Under the pieces are notes generated by a model that saw nothing but the letters and a program-made list of their open reading frames with translations, was not told where the DNA came from and searched no databases. A stretch of 64,000 bases of DNA, taken from Thecamonas trahens ATCC 50062 (lineage: Eukaryota > Protista > Apusomonadida). Shown in pieces: positions 13,470 through 24,350 of the stretch. Position numbers and translations under genes: made by a program. The first letter of the stretch is position 1; each line of letters begins with the position of its first letter. The stretch covers positions 1-64,000 of the forward strand of contig NW_013657629.1 of NCBI RefSeq assembly GCF_000142905.1, read 5' to 3'.

Positions 13470-15512
13470 ACCCTACACTAACCCATCCCCCAACCCCCCA
13501 ACCCCCCAACCCGCTCCCGCCACACGTCCAAACCTCCGCGCCTCTCGTGACCCCGCTGTCTCTGCTGGCATGGCTTGGTACCAATTTCTTGCGCCTGCGC
13601 CTCTCTCTCTCGCGGGGATCGACGCTTGCTCAGGCCGACGATGCTGTTTGCGCCCAAGGGCTCCGAGTCTTCCAAGTCGTCCAAGGTTGCGGTTGATGGC
13701 AAGTTCTTCAACTCGATGTCCAAGATCATGAAGACTCTTGTTCCGTCGCTCTTCTCGCCCGAGGCCGCATACATGGTGGTGGTGGCGGTGTCGATGGTGG
13801 CGCGGACGTACTGCGACGTGTGGATGCTCAACAACGGCACGGCCATCGAGCGGTGCATCATTACCGGCGATGCCATCGGGTTCAAGACGCATCTGTTCAA
13901 GCTCATTCTCGCCATGCTCCCGCTCTCGGTCACCAACAACCTGCTCAAGTACGGCCTGTGGGAGCTCGCGCTCCGGTTCCGGACCCGGCTGACAAACAAG
14001 CTGTACAAGTCGTACCTCGCCGACTACACCTACTACCAGGTGAGCAACCTCGACAACCGCATTTCCAACGCCGACCAGCTCCTCACCACCGACGTGCTCA
14101 AGTTCTGCGACTCAGTCGCCGAGCTCTACTCGAACATTGCCAAGCCGTTGCTGGACATTGTCATCTACTCGCGAGCGCTCACCGACAACATCGGCCTGCA
14201 GGGCCCGGTCGTCATGCTCGGCTACCTTGTGCTCTCGGGCGTGGTCCTCACCCGCCTCCGCCGCCCAACCGGGGCCTTTACCGTCCAGGAGCAGCGACTC
14301 GAGGGCGAGTTCCGCTACGTCAACTCGCGACTCATCACCCACTCGGAGGAGATTGCCTTCTACAACGGTAACAAGCGCGAGGAGATCACCATTGCATCGA
14401 CCTTCTCGCGCCTCGTCACCCACCTCCGCAACGCGCTCCAGTTCCGCGGCCTCATCGGCCTCGTCGACAATGTCGTCGCCAAGTACCTTGCCACCGTCGT
14501 CGGCTTCCTCGTCATGTCGCGCGGCTTCCTCGCCCGCGGCTCGGGCCTTGCCGGCGCCGCTGCCCAGTCTGAGAACATGGAGGCGTACTACCGGGCCGGC
14601 CGGATGCTGGTCAACCTCGCCAAGGCCATGGGCCGCCTGGTCCTCGCCGGGCGCGAGCTCACCCGCCTTGCCGGCTTCACCAACCGCGTCACCGACCTCG
14701 ACCGGGTCCTCAAGGACCTGGCCAAGGGCAAGTACGTCCGCACTATGATCGCCGCCGACAACGGCGCCGGCGCGTCGGCCGAGTCGAGCGACGCCATCGC
14801 GCTTGCGCCCAACTCGGGCGAGATCGTCAACCGGGACCACGTCATCATCTTTGACAAGGTCCCGATCGTCACGCCCAACGGCGATGTCCTCATCCGCTCC
14901 ATGTCGTTTGCGGTCGAGGCCGGCAAGAACGTGCTGGTGTGCGGGCCGAACGGGTGCGGCAAGTCGTCGCTCTTCCGTACGCTCGGCGGCCTCTGGCCGC
15001 TGTTTGGCGGAAAGATGACCAAGCCGACCAAGGACAACCTGTTCTACATCCCGCAGCGCCCGTACCTCACCCTCGGCACCCTCCGCGATCAGATCATCTA
15101 CCCGCACACCGCCGCCCAGTTCTACGCCGCCGGCCACACCGACGACGACCTGCTCGGCTACCTCGACCATGTCCACCTCGCGTACATCGTCACCCGCGAG
15201 GGCGGATGGGACACTGTCGCCGACTGGGCAGACGTCCTCTCCGGCGGCGAGAAGCAGCGCGTCGCCATGGCCCGCCTCTTTTACCACAGGCCGCAGTTTG
15301 CCATCCTCGACGAGTGCACCTCGGCCGTCTCGGTCGACGTCGAGGGCTTTATGTACGAGCACTGCCGCTCAGAGCTCGGCATCACTCTCTTCACCGTCTC
15401 GCACCGCAAGTCGCTGTGGAAGTACCACGACTACGTCCTCGCCTTTGACGGTCGCGGCGGCTACTCGTTCTCGGCCATCGCTGACCTCGATCCCGCCGAG
15501 CATGGCTCGTAA
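12893..15512 (+). CDS. ABCD3: Peroxisomal ABC half-transporter, ABCD3/PMP70-like
   Basis: Exon 1 is 12893-13056 (MGNTLSK...), intron 13057-13633 (GTACGC...CAG, spans a gap). Motifs: EGEFRYVNSRLITHSEEIAFY (EAA-like), Walker A GPNGCGKSS, signature LSGGEKQR, Walker B ILDECTSAV. Confidence 0.92.
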
Positions 15513-15703
15513 CCCAGCTCAAAACGCGCTCCCTGCCAACGCTCATCTCCCCCCCCCGTCAGCATTGAATCTCACACAACCGTGGCTCCCGTCAACAGCT
15601 CCCGCCAGAAGCTGCCGGCCGGCTGACGACAGTCTCCTCCACTCGCCCTCACCACACTTCACCACTACCGCCACTACCACAACCACAACCACGCCTTGGC
15701 GCC

Positions 15704-16654
15704 ATGCCTGTTGCCAGATGGCTGGCGAGCCAACCGGGGCTTCTCCTTGCCAACTCGGCGCCGCTCCACACCCGCGTCCCTTACATCTCGACCGGCTACC
15801 GGAAACAGGCCGAGTCGCTGGGTGAGGCTCTGGTCTCTGCCCTCGGACTCGTTTGGCTGCAAAGTGGTGGGCGCAAGGGCGGGCGCTGGCGATGGGTGCT
15901 GCACAACGAAATGGGAAACGTATGGAGCCATCTGCTGCCGGCGATGCTAACCCCGATGCTTGGTCTCTGGCATGTCTGCTACTGGCTCCCTTCGCTCCGT
16001 GCCCCTCCACCCCGCGACGACTACCTGGTCTCTATCGCTTTCTTCATCGGTCTTTGGCTCTGCTTTGCCTGCTCGGCATGGTACCACACTGTCCGCATCC
16101 TTCCTCCCCGTGACGCCGCTGTGGCGCTTGGGGTTGATCGCGCAGGCATTCTTAGCGTCCTCGGTGCATCCCTCGGACTCCTTGCTCACTACTTGCTCAC
16201 CGATCTTGGCTCGGGTCGCTTTGCCCTCGTCGTCGCCTGGCTCGCCGCCGCCGTGCTTGTCCTCGGCGGCCTGCATCTTCTTGGCCTCGTCTCGCTGCCG
16301 GTGGCTGCCAGCTGCCGGGCATCGTCGCGGACAGGATGCGCATGGTGCGACGGCACGGCTGTCTTTGTTGGTCTCTTTCTGCTCGCGCTCATGGGCGTCG
16401 CCTCGGGCTGTGCGCTGGCGCCAGACATTGGCGGCCTCATCTGGAGTCATGTCTCGGCCATGTACGCCTGGTACGCCTTTGGTGTCTTCTTTTACGTCTT
16501 GCGTCTTCCCGAGCGCATGTTCGCGGCCACCGTCCTCGACTACATCGGCCACTCGCACCAGATCATGCACGTCTCCATCGTTCTCGGCGCGCGGCACTTT
16601 TACCACCTCGTCGTTGCGCTCCAGCTGCGCGCCAGCGACTCTGCCTCCGGCTAG
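15704..16654 (+). CDS. PAQR/haemolysin-III (adiponectin receptor-like) membrane protein
   Basis: Motifs YISTGYR, HNEMGNVWSHL, SAWYHT, DRAGI, PER...DYIGHSHQIMH, with about 7 hydrophobic segments. Confidence 0.88.
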   Translation: MPVARWLASQPGLLLANSAPLHTRVPYISTGYRKQAESLGEALVSALGLVWLQSGGRKGGRWRWVLHNEMGNVWSHLLPAMLTPMLGLWHVCYWLPSLRAPPPRDDYLVSIAFFIGLWLCFACSAWYHTVRILPPRDAAVALGVDRAGILSVLGASLGLLAHYLLTDLGSGRFALVVAWLAAAVLVLGGLHLLGLVSLPVAASCRASSRTGCAWCDGTAVFVGLFLLALMGVASGCALAPDIGGLIWSHVSAMYAWYAFGVFFYVLRLPERMFAATVLDYIGHSHQIMHVSIVLGARHFYHLVVALQLRASDSASG

Positions 16655-16862
16655 CTGCTGCAACGGGAACGCCAGCCTCGCCGGTAACCTCTCTTCGCCG
16701 GTAACCTCTCTTCGCCGGGCAACTCCCTGTGGGCAGCCGCCATAATAACCTGTCTCCGCCATCAGAGTCGCCGTTGTGATGCCTCGTTCCGTAGCTCGTG
16801 CAGCGGATCGTGCGGCAGAGCGTACGGTGTATCGCGCGGTAGGCCATGTGGCGGACCATAAC

Positions 16863-17381
16863 CTAGATGGCGTCATGCGGCGGAAGCGGGGCCTTCATGC
16901 AGTTGTCGTAGAGTGTCCAGGCGCCGACAGCGCGCTCTGTCGAGTGGCCATCGATCTCTAGCAGCTCGAGATACCTTCGATAGAACATGACGCAGCCCTT
17001 CTCCCGCTGCTCCAGTGTGGTAAAGAAGGGAAAGGCCGGCTCACGGCGGCAGATGAGGGTCAGCGGCCACTTTGCCGCGTACCGATGCGAGCACGGCTCG
17101 TACAACATCGATGCTTCCTCCACTCCGATCACAAACGGCATCGGCTTCTTCTTCCGCCGCACACGCCGAAGCCGTGCCCGCTTCTTCTTCTCGCCGCCTC
17201 CTGTTCCTGCTGTCTCTTCTCCACCTCCTGCTGCAGCCTCGCCTACGCCTTGCTCGGCCGACGACTCGACCGGCGTCTCAGCAAGCTTGGCCTCACCTCC
17301 GTCCTCAGACACAGACCAAGCGACCGGACCTTGTGTCGCCGACGAGAGTCCCGCAGACATACGGAATATCCCCAATGACAT
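16863..17381 (-). CDS. Hypothetical protein (boundaries uncertain, possibly frameshifted or decayed)
   Basis: ATG-initiated 172-aa ORF with coding-like codon use and a basic NLS-like cluster KKKRARLRRVRRKKK. No family recognised. Confidence 0.4.
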   Translation of the reverse strand: MSLGIFRMSAGLSSATQGPVAWSVSEDGGEAKLAETPVESSAEQGVGEAAAGGGEETAGTGGGEKKKRARLRRVRRKKKPMPFVIGVEEASMLYEPCSHRYAAKWPLTLICRREPAFPFFTTLEQREKGCVMFYRRYLELLEIDGHSTERAVGAWTLYDNCMKAPLPPHDAI

Positions 17382-18400
17382 TGTCTGTTCTGCTTGTCAC
17401 ACGTCGAGTGTGCCTCAACCCGACCTGCTCCGCCGTCCCTGTCGCTCCCCCTTGTTGTGGGATGGGCGCCGGTTGGCCGGGGCTGGACTCGGCTGCTCGG
17501 CCGGCACCCAAGCGTGTTGAGCGCAGCTGAGGGGAGAGCGATAAGACTCCGATGGTGATCAACGTCGGATGCGAGAGAAACAAGAATGTTAGTAATATGG
17601 GCATGTGGTGGAAGGGGAGTGAGCTGAGCTGTACGTCATTTTACGCCTGCAGGAAGAGGGCCATGACCAAGATGAACGCTCAACCAAAGATCGCAATGCA
17701 CATGGCTGCGATCACCACAGACACACAGACACACACACACATTCACACACACACACAGACACACGCACACACCTTCAAATCTCTTTGATCCATTGTTCCT
17801 ACCTCACGATCGCTCACATCAAGCCACTCCCGCCGCGTTGTCGCCCCCCCCCTCCTTCCCACCAGTTGCGGCACAAGAGCTCGTGATCCTCTCGCTGACC
17901 ACTCGCCACCGTCTCACCCCACACCGAACTTGGACCACTCCACCCCCCCCCCCCTTGCNNNNNNNNNNNNNNNNNNNNNNNNNNNNNNNNNNNNNNNNNN
18001 NNNNNNNNNNNNNNNNNNNNNNNNNNNNNNNNNNNNNNNNNNNNNNNNNNNNNNNNNNNNNNNNNNNNNNNNNNNNNNNNNNNNNNNNNNNNNNNNNNNN
18101 NNNNNNNNNNNNNNNNNNNNNNNNNNNNNNNNNNNNNNNNNNNNNNNNNNNNNNNNNNNNNNNNNNNNNNNNNNNNNNNNCCCCACCCACCGACCACGAC
18201 ACCGACCACGAGAGTCACGACAGGCACGAGCACAATCACAGCATGTCACTCAATGACGGGGGAAGGTACATCCGACCAGCTCATCCAGGTCTGCCAAGCC
18301 CACCTCTGACACCACCACCACCCCCAGCTGGCTCTGCTCCTGCTCCGCTCCTGCTCCTGCTCCTGACCATGACAGAGGAGATGATGGGCAACAACCAGAG

Positions 18401-21400
18401 ATGCAATCCAATGACATTGATTCTGATGCGCTGGCCTCGCTTCAAAGTCCAGCACAAACATCATCGGCATCGGGTACAAGGCCTGGTGCAGTGTTTGGCA
18501 CGGTGCCTGCTGTCAACATCATCGCCGACTCGCCCATGAAGCAGGGTGACAGTAGCGATGGCGATGGCTTTCCGGAAGTGACCAATCAAGTTGGCAAGCC
18601 GAGGTCTTTGTCGGCGTCAACTGCGTCAATGTCGTCGACGTCATCAGCGTCGTTGATGTCATCGATATCGTCTTCATCGTCGCATCACCACCTGTCAACT
18701 CGCCAGCTGCTCCGATCAGCGTCGTTTATCGAGAACAAGCACGCAGATCGGACCCGGACAGCGCTGGAGCTCGGTTCGAGTGCGTCGTCGATGTCTGCTG
18801 AGAGCAACGTGCGGTCAGTCTTTTCGACCATCACCGCCATTCCGCGCCTCAAGCGCGGGCTGCGTGGCGGGGGCGGCGGGAGCGACGATGGCGAGAACGG
18901 CGCTGCGCCGCATGGGCTACTGGCTCGCGTGGTAGCGAGCGCTGCGTACACGGCCGAGCGACTCAAGTCGAGCGAGTCTGTCGAGCGGCGGGTGTGGGAC
19001 CTCTTTGTGGCGCTCTTTGTCCTGCACTCTGCCTTTACCCTTCCGCTGCGGCTTGCCTTCCGGTCGACATGGCGCTCGCGACCGTTTCTGGCCACCATGT
19101 ACACACTCGACTACATCGGCGACTTGCTGTTTTGGATCGACATTGCGCTGCGGTTTCGGACGCCGTTTGTGTACGATGGCGTGCTGGTCACCTCGAGCAA
19201 GGCCATCCGGGCCGAGTACCTCTCGTTCTGGTTCTGGTACGACGCCTTTGCCACGCTCCCGTACGGCCTTCTCTCGTGGGTCCCGTATCGGCACGCCCTG
19301 CTGCGGCTGCCGCGGCTGCTCCGGCTGGCGCATCTCTCCGAGTACTGGCAGAATTGGCAGCATCGGACGGGCCATCCGTACGTGGTGCGGCTGCTCAATC
19401 TCATGACCTGGTTCCTCTTCACCGTCCACTGGCTCGGATGCATGTACATGGCGGTGGCGTACTGGAAGGGCTTTGCCGTCACCTCGTGGGCGGCGCCGGC
19501 GGACCTTGAGCACGCCTCGGTCCTCTCGCAGTACTTGTTTACCTTTTTCTGGGCCGCCAACCAGCTCACCAACAAGGGTGGTGGGCCCATCCGCCCAGTC
19601 TCTGAGTTTGAGCGCGGCTTTGAGCTTGCTGTCGCTGTCCTCGCTCTCTTTGCCGTCGCCACCATCATCGGTTCCATCTCGCGGGTCATTGCGCAGTCGG
19701 ACACCAACTACGCCCGCTTCCGCGAACGGCTCGACACCGTCAACATGTTCATGCGGACGAAAGGCATTCCGTCCGAGCTCCAGGAGCGCATCCGCTCGCA
19801 CTACATCTCCGAGTACGCGCGCCACCGTGGCATCGAGACCACCAACATCCTCTCGGACCTGCCCATCAACCTGCGGACGCGCGTCGCCCTCGTTCTCAAT
19901 GAGGACATCCTCAAAAAGGTGTTCTTCTTCCAGGCCTCGTCGCGATCGTTTCTTTCTGCGCTCGCACCTTGCCTCCGCTCGCGCGTCTTTGCGCCCGGCG
20001 ACACCATTGTGACCCAAGGCGACACCGCGGCCAAGGAGATGTACTTTATCGGCTCGGGCTCGGTGAGCGTCATTGTCGACGACTTTGCCGTCGCCACCAT
20101 GACCGAGGGCGAGTACTTTGGCGAGCTCTCGCTCCTCTCGCACACGCCACGGACCGCGACCGTCACCGCCTCGGGCTTTGTCGAGCTGTACGTCCTCGAC
20201 CGCCCGGACCTGCTGCGGGTGCTGGAGAGTCACCCCAAGGAGAAGCGGCGGCTGACCCGTGCGGTCAAGGCCCGGCTCGCCGCCGACCTCCTCGCCCACG
20301 CCCTCAAGAACGACGCTTTTCCTTCGCGCTTCATCCCGCGCGGCTTTCTCACCGCTGTCGAAGCTCACTTTACCCGTCTTCCGCTCCGCGGCGACGTCAC
20401 CGACGACCGCACCAAACGTCTCTCGCAAGCAAAGATGGATGAGATCCGTGAGGCCTTTACCCTCTTTGACGTCGACAACTCGGGTGAACTCGACGACGAG
20501 GAGCTCAACTTTGCCATCCAGACCCTAGGCTTTGACCCGCACTCGCCCGAGATGATCGAGTGGAAGGCTTCGGTTGACGTCGACGGCTCAGGCTCAGTCG
20601 ACTTTGGCGAGTTCATGGACATGATGGTGGTGCTCATGGCCGAGTTTTCCGACGACGACTCGTCAAGCTCCACAAGCTCGTCGTCGACCTCGTCCGAGTC
20701 GCTCGGCTCGGACTCGGACGCCCGCTACCTGTTTGTGCCTGACTCGCCGGCCGACGCCGTCTACTTTGTCTCGCGCGGCACCGTCGCCATCACTCGCCAC
20801 AAGCACTCGGCCTACGATGACGGCCAGGCCATCGACGCCTCGGTCGCTGTCTTCCACGCCGGCTCGTTCTTTGGCGCCATCCACGCCGGCACCATGGGCG
20901 TCTACGCCAAGGCCATGCCTAAGACCCGCATCCTCTGCTTCTCCGACTCGGCCTACCTTGCCCTCGCCGAAGAGTTCCCGGCCTTCCGCAACTCGCTCCG
21001 CACCTTTGTTAAGCGTTTTGCCGACCACAACACCTACTTTGGTGACGCCACGCCGCCACCATCGCCGTCTCTGCAGCCTGCCATCGACGTACCTCCCCCG
21101 CACAACTCGGCACCGTCGCTCCCCTCAACTACCCTCGTCGTTGTCCCGCCGGTCGAGCCGTCGAATCCGATGGACGCTCCGAGCTCATCGCAGCAGTCGT
21201 TCCCGCCTAACGCGACCGAGCCGCCGCAGCCTGCGCCGCAGCCTGCGCCGCGCCAGCGCCGCAAGTCCATTTCCATGTACGCCCGCAAGGACCAACGCGC
21301 AAAGTCGCGGATCAAGCCGACTCTTTTCGCCGTCCTCGACCTGGTCACCGTCGCCGACGCCGGCCGACAGACCACCTCTTCCTCGGGCGCCGTAGCCCGC

Positions 21401-21667
21401 ATCCAGCGTGGCCGCTGCTCAGGCACCCTCTCCGCCGTCGACGCCTTGTCCGCTTCATCGCCGTCCATTCAGACCCTCACCTCGTCCACCACCACCACGT
21501 CCAGCGCCAACCCAGTCGCTGACGCCTTTGCCCTTGGTGACATCGAGCTTGCGCAGCTCTTTGCAGGCATCACTCCGCAACAGCTTGGCCTCCTCGGCCG
21601 CGGCCTTGACGGTCTCCGCACCCTTGTCACCCGCGAGATGGAGGTTCGCTTGCTCGCCAGCACGTGA
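18401..21667 (+). CDS. Cyclic-nucleotide-gated/KCNH-like 6-TM cation channel with CNBD, EF-hand pair and second degenerate CNBD
   Basis: S1 RRVWDLFV, S2 DIALRFRT, S4 LLRLPRLLRLAHL, pore helix YLFTFFWAANQLT, C-linker, CNBD1 FGELSLLSHTPRTATV, EF loops DVDNSGELDDEE and DVDGSGSVDFGE. The true start may lie further upstream, near the gap. Confidence 0.9.
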   Translation: MQSNDIDSDALASLQSPAQTSSASGTRPGAVFGTVPAVNIIADSPMKQGDSSDGDGFPEVTNQVGKPRSLSASTASMSSTSSASLMSSISSSSSHHHLSTRQLLRSASFIENKHADRTRTALELGSSASSMSAESNVRSVFSTITAIPRLKRGLRGGGGGSDDGENGAAPHGLLARVVASAAYTAERLKSSESVERRVWDLFVALFVLHSAFTLPLRLAFRSTWRSRPFLATMYTLDYIGDLLFWIDIALRFRTPFVYDGVLVTSSKAIRAEYLSFWFWYDAFATLPYGLLSWVPYRHALLRLPRLLRLAHLSEYWQNWQHRTGHPYVVRLLNLMTWFLFTVHWLGCMYMAVAYWKGFAVTSWAAPADLEHASVLSQYLFTFFWAANQLTNKGGGPIRPVSEFERGFELAVAVLALFAVATIIGSISRVIAQSDTNYARFRERLDTVNMFMRTKGIPSELQERIRSHYISEYARHRGIETTNILSDLPINLRTRVALVLNEDILKKVFFFQASSRSFLSALAPCLRSRVFAPGDTIVTQGDTAAKEMYFIGSGSVSVIVDDFAVATMTEGEYFGELSLLSHTPRTATVTASGFVELYVLDRPDLLRVLESHPKEKRRLTRAVKARLAADLLAHALKNDAFPSRFIPRGFLTAVEAHFTRLPLRGDVTDDRTKRLSQAKMDEIREAFTLFDVDNSGELDDEELNFAIQTLGFDPHSPEMIEWKASVDVDGSGSVDFGEFMDMMVVLMAEFSDDDSSSSTSSSSTSSESLGSDSDARYLFVPDSPADAVYFVSRGTVAITRHKHSAYDDGQAIDASVAVFHAGSFFGAIHAGTMGVYAKAMPKTRILCFSDSAYLALAEEFPAFRNSLRTFVKRFADHNTYFGDATPPPSPSLQPAIDVPPPHNSAPSLPSTTLVVVPPVEPSNPMDAPSSSQQSFPPNATEPPQPAPQPAPRQRRKSISMYARKDQRAKSRIKPTLFAVLDLVTVADAGRQTTSSSGAVARIQRGRCSGTLSAVDALSASSPSIQTLTSSTTTTSSANPVADAFALGDIELAQLFAGITPQQLGLLGRGLDGLRTLVTREMEVRLLAST

Positions 21668-21891
21668 CTATCGTTGCGCAAACTGTACAACAGTCCACCA
21701 TCCATGACCATACACACACACGTTACCCTCTGCCACTCCATCACCTCCCCGGGCTCGTCGACTACAGCCATCGACACTGTGACTGGCCATCGTCAAGGTC
21801 AGTCGGACCAGAAACGCCATGCCAGTGACCAATGATACCAGCTGCTCTATGACCACCTCTCTCTCCTGTAGGGACGACCACCCTTTCCAGG

Positions 21892-23259
21892 ATGAACGCA
21901 GGAGGTATGTTAAGGGGAGAGGCGGTGCGGGGAGGGGGGGGAGGGGAAGGGGAAGGGGGAGGGGAAGGGGAAGGGGAAGGGGAAGGGGGGGGGCACACGC
22001 GAACGAACGTTCCAAGGCAATGTGGCAAGCCTGGGAGGGGAGGAGGAGGAGAGGAAAAAGGGGAAGAAGGCAGAGAAGGGGAGGGGGGAGAGAGAGAGAA
22101 TGTGGGAAGGGGGGGGGGGGGGGGGGGTATANNNNNNNNNNNNNNNNNNNNNNNNNNNNNNNNNNNNNNNNNNNNNNNNNNNNNNNNNNNNNNNNNNNNN
22201 NNNNNNNNNNNNNNNNNNNNNNNNNNNNNNNCCCCGCACCCACCCTCTCCCCCGCCACACTCTCAATCCGCATAGGGCGATCCTCCCGAAGAAAACAACC
22301 AGGAAAAGAAACAAGGGCTAATTTCGCGCAACAAGGTTAAAATAGTATCGAAGGGGGGGGGGGGGGGTAGTATACAAGGGAGGTTATGGTGGTGGGTGTG
22401 GGTGTGGTGGGTATGGTGGTGGGGCGTGGTGGTCGGAACGGGGGGGAGGGGGGGAGGAGGAGGACGCCAGTCGCTGGATGACCTTTGCTTGGTCATGCGC
22501 TTGTCAAGCATGTGTGAAGTGGTTGATAGCGAGGATGAGCAAGCGACAAGAGAGGAGGGAGGGGGTGCATTGGTATGCGTGACATGGGTTGAGGTAGGCG
22601 TATGTCAAGGCATGGACTCATGTGGCATGGGTGGGTGTGTATGGGCTGGGATAGGCAAGGTCTCGCAGTTCAAGCTCGTTCTCCTCGGACAGGCGGCAGT
22701 GGGCAAGTCCTCACTTGTGCTTCGGTTTGTCAAGAATGAGTTTCAAGAGTATCAAGAGTCGACCATCGGTGCGGCGTTCTGCACAAAGACGCTTAATCTG
22801 GAGGACTCGTCGGCCGTGATCAAGTTTGAGATCTGGGACACAGCCGGCCAGGAACGGTACGAGTCGCTGGCGCCGATGTACTACCGTGGCGCTCACGCTG
22901 CCGTTGTTGTCTTTGACATCACCGACGCCGAGTCGTTTGACAAGGCGCAAAAGTGGATCCGCGACCTCAACCGGCAGGCCAATCAGAACATTGTCATCTG
23001 CCTCGTTGGCAACAAGATCGACCGTGACGACGAGCGCGTCGTCTCCACCGACCAGGCTGCCGGCTACGCCGAGGAGAACGACCTGCTCTACGTCGAGGCG
23101 TCGGCAAAGTCGGGCACCAACGTGACGGAGGTGTTCCAGGCCATTGCCGCAAAGCTCCCCACCGCACCCAAGGAGCCCGCGCCCTCGGGCGTCGTCGAGC
23201 ACCTCGACGAGGACCCCTCGGCCGGCCAGAAGAAGGGCTGTGGTTGCGTTGTCATGTGA
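21892..23259 (+). CDS. RAB5: Rab5-family small GTPase
   Basis: Micro-exon ATGAACGCAGGAG (21892-21904), phase-1 intron 21905-22654 (GTATGT...TAG). Motifs: [46 protein letters not shown]. Confidence 0.92.
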
Positions 23260-24350
23260 CCATGGTTCACACACACTCTCTCTCTTGCGCGCGCGCGCTG
23301 CAACAATTACCATCGCTTGCAGCCTGCTCAACCCCCTCCCGCCCAGTCGTCATGAATAACACACGACCGCCCCAACCAACATCATCTTCAGTCGTATTTA
23401 TCATCATTTTCATCGTCAGCCTCATCAGCCTCAGCAGCCTCAGCAGCATCAGCAGCCTCAGCAGCATCATCGTCCACGCACTGCCATTCAAGCACCCCAA
23501 TCCGTGTGAGTCCACCGCCTCACACGACCGCCGCCATCTCATCACCGCCGTCACAGACACGACGTCGCATCAGCAGATAGATGTTTGTATGTTTGGTTAG
23601 CCTCCATGACTTGATTGTCAGACCATAAGGTTAAAGGTATACATCATTTGCTTCGCCTGTCTCTGCTCTCGTCCATCCCCCCCCCCCAGCATCTCACACA
23701 ATATGACGTACCATAAAAATCGATAATCCTCCCCTCAAACACCCACGCCCTTTCCCCGCCTGCAACCCCCTACCCCCTCTGCAACCCCAGCCCTCCCGTC
23801 CCCACCCCCGCTTCTCCACACCCTTTGTCCTCAACGTCTCCCAAACCTCAAACCACACACCGCCACACACACATCACCCTCTCCACTGCCCAGCGACGCG
23901 TCAAGTGGTGCTTATCGTGATGCCAACAATTTGCTCATCAATCAAATTGAGCATCACCATTCGTATCATTTTGGGAACGAGTGTGCGGCGGGGAAAAGCC
24001 CGTACCTGTCACCGCCAACCCTTGCCCAGAACGCACCTATCACCACCATTAAGACCAAGGACCAAATGCCACCACCATTACCAACCTCTTGACAAGTGTC
24101 TCTGCTGCCGGATACTTCAGACCATAACCAGGTGGTGATACAGACGCCATTGTCTCCGGGGAAAAAAAAATGAAACAGAATAGAAAAAAAACGGAAACGT
24201 ACCTTGTGATGACAATGCCAACGTTGGCTGGGTGCCCGTCAGCCGAATTGGGAGGGGGGTAGAGGGATGGCGCAAGAGGTAGGTATTCCCCTCTCCACCA
24301 CCCCATCACCACCACCCAGACTTGTGTGCGCGCGCGTGTGTGTGTGCAAT

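Noticed and set aside
17640-17720. Hydrophobic minus-strand peptide interrupted by TGA (possible recoding)
   Set aside because: Too short to support a gene, and TGA is an ordinary stop in many genes here.
14112-20428. Long antisense ORFs over ABCD3 and the channel
   Set aside because: Expected shadow ORFs from high GC3 codon bias.
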